In this document: positions 25,676-39,605 of the stretch, piece by piece
Layout: each line of letters starts with the position of its first letter
How positions within the stretch are numbered: the stretch's first letter is position 1
Source: Amoeboaphelidium protococcarum X5
Taxonomy: Eukaryota; Fungi; Aphelidiomycota
NCBI GenBank assembly: GCA_023515725.1
Contig: JALDTO010000266.1
Coordinates: 1,093,580-1,157,579, forward strand
Reading direction: 5' to 3'
Length of the DNA: 64,000 bases
Notes under the pieces: generated by a model
The model's database searches: none
What the model saw: only the letters and a program-made list of their open reading frames with translations
Told to the model about the DNA's origin: nothing
Translations under genes and position numbers: made by a program

Positions 25676-26151
25676 TATCTAATCTTTTGTATTGTGATAT
25701 GATCTGATCTGATAAAGACCTTTTAAAGAATTTTCATTACAAATGACGACCACACTCTCCTTGGGCGTGAAAATTCGAGTTTCGATTATCGATCTTATAC
25801 GGAGGCACGACCGCATGTTTTTAAGGTTCTGACCGATCACACCATACCTGGTTGCCATTAATTTTCTTCTTTGTTATTGTAATATAAAAGTTCATCAAAA
25901 GCCAACATCTTTTAGCATGGTGGAGTTGAATTGTGATATTTTGTAGCATTTCAGAAGATTTTGTTAAAAGCATGTAACAAATTATGATATGACAAACAGT
26001 ATCGATATTATTATTATAATCACAGTGTCATTGAAAAAATGTAGAACAGTGCGACGCGTACCAGCTGTAGGTACTGCTATACAGTTTCAAACATAATATG
26101 TCAGCATCGGTCAATTCTCAATGTGATGAAATTAACCATAAATCATCAACT

Positions 26152-26652
26152 TCACAATGGACATGTAAAAGATGGCGGCATTGGTTCTTAACCCATTGAA
26201 ACTCTGTAGCAAACCACTGTAAAATCTAAACAGATATCCATTTTCGCGTCAAGATCCGCTCCATAGCATTCGCTGCATTGATTATAAGTTAGGCGCATGC
26301 ATATCTCATTAGTAGTCATGTTAGCACCAGGAGGGGCAATTGGCTTAGGCATTGAGTCACCAAAAGGACGCCTGGGTGTGCCAACTTGACACTCGGCAGA
26401 CGAGCCCTCGCACCTGAAGCGGTAAGGCCATTCTTCTATGCCTTGAGACGCTCTCTGACATTGATCCGCGTATGGTTCACACACTTATTTCAACCAATCT
26501 AAATCTCCTTAGATGAATTGAGTGCATTCTTGGTAGGTTTCAAGCATACATTCATCGTAAAGGCTATTTCCACCAGTGTTGCCAACCCAACCTGAAATCT
26601 GACTTTAACACGATGAAGCTATAACAGCCAAAATTACAATGCTAAAATTCAT
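26152..26652 (-). CDS. Small secreted Cys-rich protein B1, 166 aa, two internal repeats
   Basis: Signal MNFSIVILAVIASSC; 12 mature Cys; two Cx7Cx14Cx6Cx15C units. Confidence 0.85.
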
Positions 26653-27129
26653 TTTGATTGTTAGTTGAAATTAAAAATGGGAAATAAAGGATTGCAGAAA
26701 TAAGAACATGAGTAATCATTATGAGCTCAAGCGAAGCATCTGATATTCAATTGGTGGTGTGACGCTCGAAAGATCAATTTATTGGTCAAGCATGTGATAC
26801 ACAGCATACACACGACCATCACATTACTATTAGTGTCACGATGTAATAACTTCATTATATCAAATTGTAGTTGCGAGATGTTATAGCCAAAAAGTGTTTA
26901 AAAGATAAGCTCCTCGCTGTGTCAGATGTCCTTAAATGTATATCCTGTTTCCTCAAAGTGTCATTATGACCACCGACGCGATAAAAAATCAGTATCCTGA
27001 GTAGCACTCCCCACGGTCCGGTCTACCGGTCTCAAAGTGAAGCCAGCTCCATAAATCGATGTTAATATCAGCTTTTAATAGTGCTAATCAAGATTTTTAA
27101 AAGCTCCCTCATGTTTCATAATCTAATAC

Positions 27130-27568
27130 TCAGCGTGGCGCAAGATCAGCACCTACTCGTGTTTTAACGACAGAACGTACATATAGTTGGGTCATCCGTT
27201 TCAAGTTGATCGAGCTCTTGTTTATCATTCTATTTGTTTCTAAACTCGTATTTAAATCTTTCGTCGACAACTCATTATTGAACGATGCGAAATTACGGTA
27301 CTTTATTGCAGTATTTTACGCGTTAAGTCTTAATTAAATGGCAATGCTGAGATTTCTCTAGGTCTGGTTTGATTTGGTCTCCTACCAAAAGTGCAGTCTG
27401 CGCTGGATCGTGGTGAGTGCTATTCTCGAGTTAAGCCGAGAGATTATGTCATTCAATGAAATGTAATATCGAAGGATTGACTTTGGCGCTCCGCATTCAT
27501 GTATGCGACCTGGTGTGCAAAGATGAAAATAAGAGTACAAGCAGACTCAAATTTACACAATTGGCCAT
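27130..27568 (-). pseudogene. Pseudogenised paralog A2 of secreted protein A1
   Basis: 5' end aligns with A1 (MANCVNLSLLVLL...MNAERQ) but carries a 1-nt deletion in the signal region and early TGAs; 3' limit approximate. Confidence 0.6.
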
Positions 27569-28018
27569 TTATCTATGTGATCCGATGTGAATTGAAACTT
27601 GAAGAGGATTATCAACATGATTGAAGTAGCGCCCCTGAGCGTGGAAATTCTAATTGGGGGTCATCTATTATATACCGAGATACTTTCGCGATTTACTAAG
27701 GTTCAGACAGACTACATAACGCTTGATCTATTTCATTATCTTCTTTGCTGCAGTATACAATATATGTAAGTTAAGGACTAAACATCTTTCAGCATGGGGA
27801 ATGTGAAACTGCTAGACTCTGAAGCACACCATAAAGATTTTGTTGAAAGCATGGAAAATTGATACCATTTGAGAAATTATAATCTTTAGCTACGTCATTC
27901 AATATAGTATGGGCAGTTCAAAGATTATCAGCGATGGAAACTAGTATGTACAGTACTTTCACACAAGCGTCAACGTTAATTTAAGTGAAATCAATAATGG
28001 GCACCATTCATAGTCATT

Positions 28019-28519
28019 TCATCTAAGACATGAGAAAGGGGACGGCATAGGTTGTTTCCCATATGAAACATCCACACAAATTTGGAAATATGGCCAACAA
28101 TACTGGTCTTTCAACTCGTATTACCCGTCGTAACACGTGTTGCATGGGCCGAAGGACCGGCTCAAGCATACTTCATAATTAGTCATGTTAGCACCAGGAG
28201 GGGCAATTGCCTTAGGCCTTGAGTCACCAGAAGGAGGCCTAGGTGTGCCAACTTGACAGTCGGCAGACGAACCCTCGCACCTGAAACGTTGAGGCCACTG
28301 TCCCGAGCCTTGAGAAGCTCTCTGGCATTGGTCAGCGTAAGTTTCACATTATGACACAATAGCATTTACATTGCCTCTGTAAAATTGAGCGCATTCTTGG
28401 TAGGTTTCAGACATGCACTGATTGTAAAGACTACTTTCACCAGTGTTGCCACCCCAACCTGAACGCTGACCCTAACACGATGAAGCTATAGCAGCCAAAA
28501 TTACAATGCTTAAGTTCAT
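28019..28519 (-). CDS. Small secreted Cys-rich protein B2, 166 aa, paralog of B1
   Basis: Same length as B1, all 12 mature Cys conserved, near-identical linker RFRCEGSSAxCQVGTPR...IAPPGANMT. Confidence 0.85.
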
Positions 28520-28942
28520 TTAATTACTGTTAATATCGAAATTAAAGTACGATTAGGAGAATATAAGTTGTTTACAATGAGCCTTTAGGGAAGTCGAGAT
28601 ATACACAATAGGTGGTGTAACACGAGCAGATCAATTTTATAGGTCAAGCATGTAATACAATGCGTACAAACGATAATCACAATACTCATAAGTGTCACAA
28701 TGTGTTAAAAATCCAAAAATATTAATTTGTAGTTACAAGATGCTATAGCCAAAACTTATCTAAAATATACTGTAGGCTTCTCGCTGTGGCAGGTGTCCTT
28801 ATGTCTATCATGTTTCCTCAAAGAGTCTTTGTGACCACCGCCGTGATATAATAATCTCATTTTCGAGAGCTAATCAGAGTTATTAAATTTTTGAAATAAC
28901 AAGATTCTATCTACAAGTGCATTTATACTTCACAAGTGTTAA

Positions 28943-30271
28943 TCACAGCATTCCCCAAATTTCCATATTGACAATTTTAAACTCGCCCTTGACCGCATCC
29001 GTGCATAAAGGAGTAGTATTACTGAACGTTGGTGCGTTAGAAGTGAATCCCCGATACAGTTCATGGTCTATGAATATGCCAAATTTGCCATCACCGCTGC
29101 CCATCGCCATAAAATCAGATTCACTCAGCATGAAGTAGTCATTCTTTTGCGTCCATTCATAAGGTATTAATGAACTTTTGGATGTTTAATCATCAGAGAT
29201 CCACTTGAAGAGGAAACACTCACCTGAACCGTAATATGACCGGCCACTGGTAAGCGTACCATACTTGCTGCGACTTAGAGGGGATGATGACGAATAGGCC
29301 AACTGCTGTCTCGTCTCTTCAGCTGTGCCACTGCCACTATGACTCTTCCACATCTCGGTGGTGAATGCACCAAATATCGAGTTACCATCATCTTGAATGA
29401 GAAGAAATGATGGACATATCGATGGACTATCCGCTTGATAGTCTCGAAAATAAGCACACTTTTGATACAGTGTATTCAGAGATGCCCCATGCTATTGCAG
29501 AGAGAATATCAACTGATACTTGTTATACTCTCTAAATCTTGATGGTATGCGACGACGAAGAGCATTAGCCAACTCCATGTTCATAATAGGAGTATCAGCA
29601 GAATCATCCTAACCAACGAGTTGAATTTCATTATCCCAAATGATATCCGTTTATGGAGATGATGGCTGTGCTAATACATTAGCGGTCTCACTTGTAGGCG
29701 ATAGTCCGAGCAGTGCTGATGCCCCGCCAACCACTGATGACAAATAGCTATATGTCCCATCCAGAAGACCATGATCTGGATGAGAATCAAGACTCTATAC
29801 TGGTCGACTTGTAGGGCTTTACCGAGAATCTGTTTAGTCTTGCGCATCGCTATTACCGCCACCACCAACTATGGTCCACTGCGATGGTTCTATACCAATA
29901 TTGCCGCCACTTACGATATTATTGTTATTCTAACCTGAATCTGGAGATGCAACACGAGGAGTGGACCGGCTTGAAGGCTGCGGAGGCGATCCCACCAATA
30001 TCTCCCATAAGAACCCGCCAAAAGTTTATGGTGGATTTCTTTGCTGCTACATGGCGCTGTCTATTTCGCTCTGCTATAATCCCGTCTAAATCATAATAGA
30101 TGGACTAACACTTTATTTTGTTACCTTTTAATCCAAATCGCCATTGTCAGATCTTATGGCAAAGGCTTCAGACATGCTTGAGCTCAGAGACGTTGACTTA
30201 TAATTATTATCAAGAGCACTCTAACTTTATCCTGAACCACTTAAAGACTTTTACACTTCATTCGCTTCCAT
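28943..30271 (-). CDS. OXR1: TLDc-domain protein (OXR1-like)
   Basis: IFSLQQHGASLNTLY, IFGAF, YYGSGECFLF, NDYFMLS...MGSGDGKFGIFID...EIW; first ATG after an in-frame TGA is 30271. Confidence 0.85.
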
Positions 30272-30605
30272 TTCTTATAATTGTTATAGCTACTCAGACA
30301 GTTTAATGGCTGATATCTAGTAATATTGTGATAGGCCTGGCTGATAAAACAATGCTCCTTAAAGAGAAGATTGTTTTCGCCAGAGATGAAATGATGCTGA
30401 AAGCGAGAAACAAGATTGGATTGACTTTTCACACGACGCGCTTCAAGGCGAGACTCCTGATAATTTGCGATTCACATGACACTGTTGAATTCTACCAGTC
30501 ATTGATGAAGGTATATAGTTTGAATAGCAAAGGCATTATGAGTATAATTCATACCGGTATAGATCTTAAGAGTAATTACATAAATTTAAATTATATGCAC
30601 AAGTT

Positions 30606-32975
30606 TCAACGGCGTATCTAATCAGCAATAACAATGGACGGTTGTTGATCAGGCAGACGACCCTCTTGCAGGATGTAATTGCTCAACATTTCCAAATCAG
30701 GTTGAGATTATGCAAACGCCTATAGGAACGAACTCATATTTTGGAATCTACCGCTAGTAGAAAGTAACTTGAGTAATGCCAAGCATATAGCGATGCGTGT
30801 TGCGGGAGTCAATGAATTCAAATGTACACTTGGGTATTAGTTGTCTGCAGTCTGCAGCATTATGCACTGTCCAACCGGGGATTCAGATAATTCTAATTGA
30901 TCGCGCAATATTCTATCTAAATCCGTATCAATGCCCAAGATATGAATCTACTTAACCAGTTAAGTAACGCATTTGACATCATAATCATTAACTTGCCCAA
31001 ATGATTAAATTCTCCTTAAATTCAAGGATATACTTAGATATCCACTCTAAAAAGAAGCGTCAATACAAAGATTATTACAACTTTGCAGCTTTACATTCTT
31101 CTAAAGAACAGAAGATAAATGACTAAACACGGTCAAGCTCTAAGATTAGGCCACATAGGGAGGTAGTTCCCTCAAATGAGTTATCTGATTAGCTGCAATG
31201 TACCATAAATCAGAATATTCGTTATTCCAAATATCAGTATAAATTATCATCATTAAACAATCTCTATGAGGATCTTTGTGCCCTTCAAATAACACAAACT
31301 TGATATCAGAAATAGCAAAGTTCTGCGAATTAACATGAGACAATGGAACATTCAGTAATACTCTTGAATGATTAACATCCAATACATGCAGAACATTGCT
31401 TTCAGATATAGCTAAGCAAGATTTTAAGAACTGTCTGATGAAATGATTATTCTGAATACTCGACTTCGTAGAAGACTTGATCTTCTCTGCAATATTCTAA
31501 GGATTAATCACGTAAGACTCTGGCACATAGACGTTTGTTACAACAGCAACACTTTAACTGCACACATTAAAAGTGTGTAATACTTTATCAGGCGGATAAG
31601 ATGTCACCACACATTATCCACTCCTTGTGCCAAGAACCAAATACTGATCCACATTAAATTACTTGATTCTCTACTTTATAGACATAATAGACGTTATCGG
31701 ATGCTCTGAAACTTTAAACTCACTCTAAGGTTATAGTGTTGATGATGAGTCTGAAAATAACCGATCTCCACCATACACTCGCAACATACCATCAACCGAT
31801 CCTACCAGTACTAGGCCATCATGAGCAACTTTAACATGCGAAACATTACTACATTTCAAAGTCCACTAACGCTACATTTATAAATCCAATTCCAAACACT
31901 GACTAGAATCTCTTTAAACTTAAAAGACGCTTAAAGACATTGATTTCTCATTTAAACACGATAACTCAGTAGAACTCTGCAAATTCAATGTACAATCGCG
32001 ATATGAATTGATAATAATAGGCGGAACTTCGACCAGAAAAGATTCTACAGAGCCACGTTTTTTCTATGGAGACGATTGCGGAGTCTTGACAGCATCTTCA
32101 ATCCTCCAGGCGCCTACAGACACACCAGAAGTCCATACAAGTTCGTGCTTGCCATAAAATTACAACTGATCAATCGGCGATTACTTGTACGCACCATCAT
32201 CATCTACTTAAATATCAGGATGTCTAAATCTGAATAGTAATGAATTCTGAGCTATATTGGGATAGGATGAATCCATAGACATCTCTGACTTTTTCAAAAG
32301 TATCAAATACATTTCACTATGACATGAGCCAACTAACATCACCTAGAGCGAATTACTGTATGGATTGCATTTAATATCTTTCCAAAAATTGAGGGGATTA
32401 TCAGACATGACATTAATCTAATTCACTGGCGAGCATACATCTACCATGCACGATTAAACATCGAAATCGTAAACGTGTAGCATATCATTCGCAAATAGAA
32501 CCAACAACTTGGGCAAATGATAAGGATCAAAAGTAATTCTATTACCATTCACAGCAAGACTTGGCGGTATCCATACGCACGCTTACTTCACAGGGAAAGG
32601 AAACTCTAATTGCACGCTTAAATCAGATTCAACTATATCCAAATCATGGAACGTGACAACTCTACTCAAATCGCAGCACAATACTTTACTAATATGCGGT
32701 ATTATGCGACATTGTATATTATTGGCAAGGGAAGACTAGAGTTCAATAGTCTTTATAACCATCATAGATTGCTTGCTTATTACAAATAATTAAGTCTAGC
32801 AGAGAATTATAGCAACTTTGACATCTTGATCGATAATACGGATATTAGATGGAAATGTGATTGTTCCTCCTGTTGAATACAGAACATTTTTTAAGGCTAC
32901 TAATCCAACATTGTCTTATACAAGATTTTCTGCCTCATTTTGTGCAGTAGCTGGCACCCTCACAAATTTCAACAT
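30606..32975 (-). CDS. WD40/beta-propeller-like protein, 789 aa
   Basis: Continuous frame under TAR=Gln; WD-like blades VLVGSVDGMLRVY, EHPITSI, YLVLGTRSG; family not identified. Confidence 0.65.
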
Positions 32976-33456
32976 TCGTTCAATAATTCGATGATATTAA
33001 TCTGATTCTGCACCACACGGCCTGACAGAGAAAGAAAGAATAGAAAGTGAAACGATTTGAATCGTAGTGGGCGCTTTGAAGGAAAAGCACCGAAGAGATG
33101 TTGCAATCTTCAGTGGGTTTGAGAGATATTGTGAACTGGGTTTATAAGAGTTAAAGGAAAAAGAGAGAATAAACTGTGGATACATGAACGCCGCATCAGA
33201 CGCACTGTACATGAACAAAAAAAATTCACTGACCCAGAATGGCGTTTTCACAACAGTCTTCATCCCGTTACATGCTAAAAAGTTTCATCGTCATTCACAT
33301 CATTAGGTGGACCACGTGGTTTACATAAGGCAGTGTGGCGCGCGAGAATCTAAAAGTGGGCACCCGTGTAAAAATTACATCATTACTCTTTTTATACTGA
33401 CAAAGTAAATATATACTCGAAGCGATTGTGAATAGCATTTTAGTTATTTTGGAGAT

Positions 33457-35343
33457 ATGGTCAGTTTTGTCAAGTTTGTTGCGCATTATGCTGCTGTACC
33501 ATTCTTAGTATTGTCTGGTGCTGTTTCCAGTTTTGCTCTCTCCCCTCAACTCTTGCTAGAAGAAGGTGTCTACTATAATGGTGGTGGAAATAGCGATGAT
33601 ATTTCGCCATAGTATGAGGATGTATTCTTCTTTCCGGAAGTCTCTAGTTAGGGTCACAATAAATGGGCCGCATTCTTGGTCATTTTGCCCGGTGCACAGG
33701 TCAATCCGGCGTGTTACTCCTCTCTGATTGCAGAGATTCAGTCCAAGTCTGAGATTCCTCTATACGTTGGTTTACCTCATTTACCTTTTGATTTGGCTTT
33801 CCTGAGAGGGAACGTGGAGGCTGCGATCGAACGCGTGTACAATCACTTTGTTAAGCATGGTATGCCCATTGATGCGCGTTTTGCTTTGGCCGGTCACAGT
33901 CTTGGTGCCGTGGCTGCGTAATAGTACACTGCAGATGCTTACGGTATTCTGGTGTAGTCCGAAGCGGATGATTAGAATGATATGCATATATCGAGACGTA
34001 GATAGCTAATGAAGCCATGGGTTAATATTTTCCTAGGTTCTTCCTTGCTGAGAAAGTTCAAAGGTGTCAAGTACCCGGTACCATGGATGTAAGTATCTGG
34101 ATCCCTGGATGGTCTACACCGTGTGACTCGCGTTGCTCAGTCCGTGTATCATTACGTCTTGAATAATCGGGATGGAGTGCCGAGTGTTGTAACTGACAAC
34201 CCTGTTATCATAGTTGACGGAATGAATCATATGCAGGTTAGCGGTTGCCCTGTACCATGGTATCCTGCGCAGAAGGATCTTCGCGCAAGTATCTCTGGTG
34301 CTGAGGCTTTGGATCAGGTGTCCAAGGTCGCTGCCACGTTCATTGATTTACATCTTAATGAAGATGACACCAATTGGACGGTATTACGCGATGCTGTTGA
34401 GAGAACCAAACAGTTTATGACTCCTCTGCTGGAGGCTATGCGTCTTGAGGCACATGTTCACTTGAAGAAGCGTTGTAACTCTGATAAGCCATCACCTCAT
34501 TGTCCATTCTATCCGGCATGGCCAGAGCAGAAGGAACCACGTTAGTTCAGTAATGATACGGATTGTTGGTGTGGTACACCGTGGGCTAATGTAGCTATCA
34601 AGTAGATGGTTGATGCGGAAAATGTTGTTGAAGTTGTCAATGCTGATGCTATTCATGATGTTCGCGACACTAATCCGTACCATCATGCGCACATTTGGAA
34701 TAACTGCAGCGACCACATTCGCAAAGGTTAGTTTGTCATGTAAGAAGTCGACATGGGCGAGAATACGGCGGTGTAAAAGTGCTAGTTGAATGTTACCACT
34801 GTATCTGAGAGTATGTATGACAAGTATGATTCTTTGGACACTGGTTTGGCTCATGGTACTGCGGAGGAGATCAGAGTCAAGATGAAGTCGCGTCAATTGT
34901 ATAGAAGACACACCACTAATCCATTCGCTGATTATGATGAAGATGATATGGATGTGTGCATGGAAATCAACCAGCTCGCGTACAAGTATGCACTTGAACA
35001 CTCTGATCCGAAAGTTGTGGAGAGGTACATGAAGTTTGGCTAGAAGATGCACTTTCTTCCAGACTACCATTTCCCTATTGCTATTGGGCCTCTGTGGATT
35101 AACTCGCGTCTCAAGTACAAGGAAATGGATCTGGTCAATGAAGAAGGTAAGCTGGAAAAGGTTCTTTCGATCAGAAGTATTAGCATGAAGACTGATCTTG
35201 ACAGCTGGATCAACAAGTTGCATCCTGACTCTGCCGGCCAGCATTACTGCAAATTGCTTTCTCCTGCTCGTGCTATGGAATGGATTTATGTGGATGGTCT
35301 GCGCCATAAATTGGGTTACAGTGTTAAACAAGGCGATAATTGA
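33457..35343 (+). CDS. Secreted alpha/beta hydrolase
   Basis: Signal-like N-terminus; ILPGAQV, nucleophile GHSLG, SLDGL, GMNHMQ; Cys-containing C-terminal extension. Confidence 0.85.
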
Positions 35344-35585
35344 TTTCCGCATTCAAGTCAACTTTAGCGATAAAGTCCTGCCCTGTGATTGGCGTTTGTT
35401 TGATCAATCCATGGGACGAGGCGTTGATTGACTGTGCGATTCTACTAATGATCTTTTATATCTATTTTTGTTATTACAGATAGTAGTCTTTTTTATCTAT
35501 TAAGTGCATCTTTTCATAAATACTATTTTGAGTACTTCAAGAAGATTCCCCTTTGTTCAGATAGTTTATCATCAGTCATACTGTA

Positions 35586-38189
35586 ATGAGCAGTGTAACG
35601 TTAGTTGATCTTAGTCATGGTAATCAGTATTCTGTGAAGGATATAAAGAAATGGAATGAAATAATGGTGAGGTAGTGGCTCAAAGATATAGGCTTCGAGT
35701 AGTATAATGCATACTTTGCTGATCACAATATTGATGGTCATGCGCTGTTGCAGCTTAATCATAGCTTTCTAAAAGAGATGGGCATAAAGTCTGTGGGTGA
35801 GCGGATGAAGTTGCTAATTTTGATTAAGCGAATCCAGAAAATTATGGCTGGAAAATCTGACCGTATGACGCTCACTCGCTCTAATTCCCAATAATCTATG
35901 GAAAATGTTGCATCGCTGGCAGCGGGTCTTAAAATCTCAACTTCATAGCAACAGCAATCGGATGCTTACAATCAATTGGGCGGCAGACAGCCTTCGCCAG
36001 CTGTTACAACTCCATCGAAAAAGTCATTTGGTCATATTATGCCAGAATCTGCACCTCTGTTGAAGAATTCACCTAGCCCACAATCTGCTGGATCTTAAAG
36101 CGCTCGTAAAATTGCCTCTGCTGGTATAACAAGTGTTTAGAGCCCTTAGTCTCCTTCATCAGCTTCGCATTTATACAGCAATTCCAATGTCAATAATTTA
36201 CAAAGCCAACGTGTAGATAATAGTCAAGGTTAGGATTCTGACAGTGCTTAGAGCAGAAAGCATTCTAATCAAAAGAGATTCATTCGCGTGTATTTCGACT
36301 CTCATTCAGTGGTGTTAGATGTTTCGCAGACTGACTCGTATTAGAATCTGCTTGGTTTGATTTTGAAGAAATTTGGAATTCCCACTGATAATTTATGGAT
36401 GGAGATCAATAGCTGGGCTATATTGGTACGTGATGGTACGGCTGCAAGATTGTTGCGATAATCTGAGGTGAACACAATAGGTGATTAAAATGCGCATGAA
36501 GTTGAATCTCTGCCTAGACTTTTTCTGAGGCGTAGAAATGGTGCATACGTCAAGTAGTAATAGTCGAAAAGAGGCCAGTCTCCTACCAGTCGTAGTTAGA
36601 ATAAAGTGAAGAAGATCTTGGGCGTTTAGGTACCATTTCAGAATTAAAAGAGATAGATGCCGTCTATCAGCGAGCCTTAAGCATCATCTCCTAATCGTCA
36701 ATACGATCAAGGTGTTAAGGTGCAGAAATCGCCATAGCAAAGACGTACGCCTGATAGTTCCGGTAGAGGAGTATCACACATAATGACTCAAAATCTCGTT
36801 TAGAATGCAGATGAGTCTATTAATGCTGCTGGTATAGCGAGTCCAAGGTCTAGCAATTTGACGTCAACTAAGTTGAAGAATTTCTTTGGTGAAAGACCGC
36901 CTAGTGAACTCATTGCAGGTAATTTGATAAAATTCTTCCCCTCTGTCAAGTCTCCTCCTCTGATAAAGAATCAACAACTGTAACAACAGTAGTAAGACAT
37001 GATTGCTGAACAAGATGAGTAGGATTCTGCGGAGACAAGTAGTGTTAGCGACAATAATGGCGATTTCCAAGAGATTGAATCGATTGAGCAGAGTTCAGTC
37101 GGCGACAAGGCTTCTATTGCTGCGCGCATTAGTTAGGATGAATATAAAATTGTCGAAGAGAGTGGTGATTAGTAGCTATCGACTTCCAGATAGTCGCAAG
37201 CATCTAGATTGTAAAATGCTTAGCGCCCGTCTGCATCTAGTTCACCCCAGGGAACTCTGAAGAGAAAATCATCCAACAAGCGAATCAAGTGGGTCAAAGG
37301 AGCATTGGTTGGTACCGGGTCTTTCGGTAATGTTTATCTCGGCTTGAATGCGTTCACAGGTGAATTTATGGCTGTGAAATAGGTTTTGCTTCCTGTCGAT
37401 GCGCAGATGGCAAAATCTGAATCGAGTGAAGTTCCCGTCAGTGCTCCATCGGCAGTCCATAACAATGCCAAAATCCAGACGCGTCGTAAGCAAATGGTTG
37501 AAGCACTATAGCGCGAGATTGGACTTTTGCGTGAATTGGAACATCCTAATATTGTTCGTTATCTTGGTAGTGAGAGCACAGACTCTTATTTGAACATTTT
37601 CTTGGAATATGTTCCCGGAGGATCTTTGTGCACTGTTATATCAACTTATGGTACCATTGAAGAGGCGTTAATTAAGACTTATGTGCGCCAGATACTCGGT
37701 GGGCTGTCTTATTTGCATCAGAAAAACATTGTTCACAGAGACATTAAGAGCGCCAACATTCTGGTGGACAACAAGGGAATTGTGAAGATCTCTGATTTTG
37801 GAATTAGCAAGAAAATGGCATAGGCAGATGTATCTGACCGTGGTAGTGTGATCTCATTGTACCCAAAGGGCGTCGGCGGCAACAGGACTAGCGCTCTGTA
37901 AGGATCCGTGTTTTGGCTCTCACCCGAGGTGGTGAAACATTTTCATTACAGTAAAAAGTCTGATGTTTGGTCATTTGGATGCCTGGTTATTGAAATGTTC
38001 ACAGGAACGCATCCTTGGCCGAATATGAACCAGATGGCTGCCATGTTCCGAATTGGCCAGAAGAATCAGCCACCATATCCTGATACGCTCTCACCAGAAG
38101 CTAAAGACTTGCTACAGCAGTGTCTAGCTCTAAACTACAAGGAGCGCCCCGACGCGAACCAGCTCCTATCTCATAAGTTTCTAGCTTGA
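35586..38189 (+). CDS. STE11: MAP kinase kinase kinase Ste11 (SAM, RA-like, kinase)
   Basis: SAM domain (QWLKDIG...NIDGHALL...[11 protein letters not shown]), [41 protein letters not shown]. Confidence 0.92.
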
Positions 38190-38641
38190 TTATGGTAAAA
38201 CAATTTTGTGATTTTTATAAATACTTTTGGCTCTTTGCTGTATGTATAATATTTTTGAATAACATGACTTTGTACTCTATCCGAAAATCCTCATACGACG
38301 ACTGTTGAAGATATGCGCTTGATCGCCAGTTGAAATTCCAAATCGACGCCACAACGAAATCATCACTTGTTCACTCTCGCTCTTGACATTTCTTCCACAT
38401 GATCACCCGCTTCTTCTGTCTGTTCTCCTGATCTTTCTCTCTCTCTCTCTCAATCTCTCGTCTTTTGACCGCTGCACAAGCCGTTCGTTCGTTAGTGCGT
38501 TCCTTCATCAACGCAAAGTGTTCCTTCAAGTCTTTCCGTTCAATACAAAACAGTTCTGTGCCATCTCTCTCTCTTTCGTTACTTCTTCTCCTTTGTCTGT
38601 ACATTGAGTTAGAAACCTGTACTTTATAAATTGAAGATAAT

Positions 38642-39426
<785 letters not shown>

Positions 39427-39605
39427 TAAAGTTTTATATATGCTTGGCTTCATGAGAATGGATAAAATATCTTTATGAATTTGACTTTAACATTTGAATC
39501 AGTTTTACTTAGTACAGTGTTGTAGTTATTATTAACAGTCTGTAGTTATTACAATAACTCATACAATTCTTACTATCCATAACGCATATAAGAACATGAC
39601 GGAGA

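Larger units (their letters stand above)
25600..28850. repeat. Tandem segmental duplication of ~1.9 kb carrying gene A 5' end, spacer, gene B and B promoter
   Basis: About 25640-26985 aligns with about 27530-28850, including non-coding blocks such as GGTCAAGCATGT and TGTTTCCTCAAAG. Confidence 0.85.

Noticed and set aside
30050-30100. Apparent ATGA stop/start overlap between the WD40-like and TLDc genes
   Set aside because: Frame tracing puts the WD40-like stop at 30606 and extends the TLDc frame to ATG 30271, leaving a normal spacer.
34492-35352. Long antisense ORFs (286 aa here, 191 aa at 59943-60518)
   Set aside because: They are shadows of the well-supported hydrolase and ITFG1 genes on the opposite strand.
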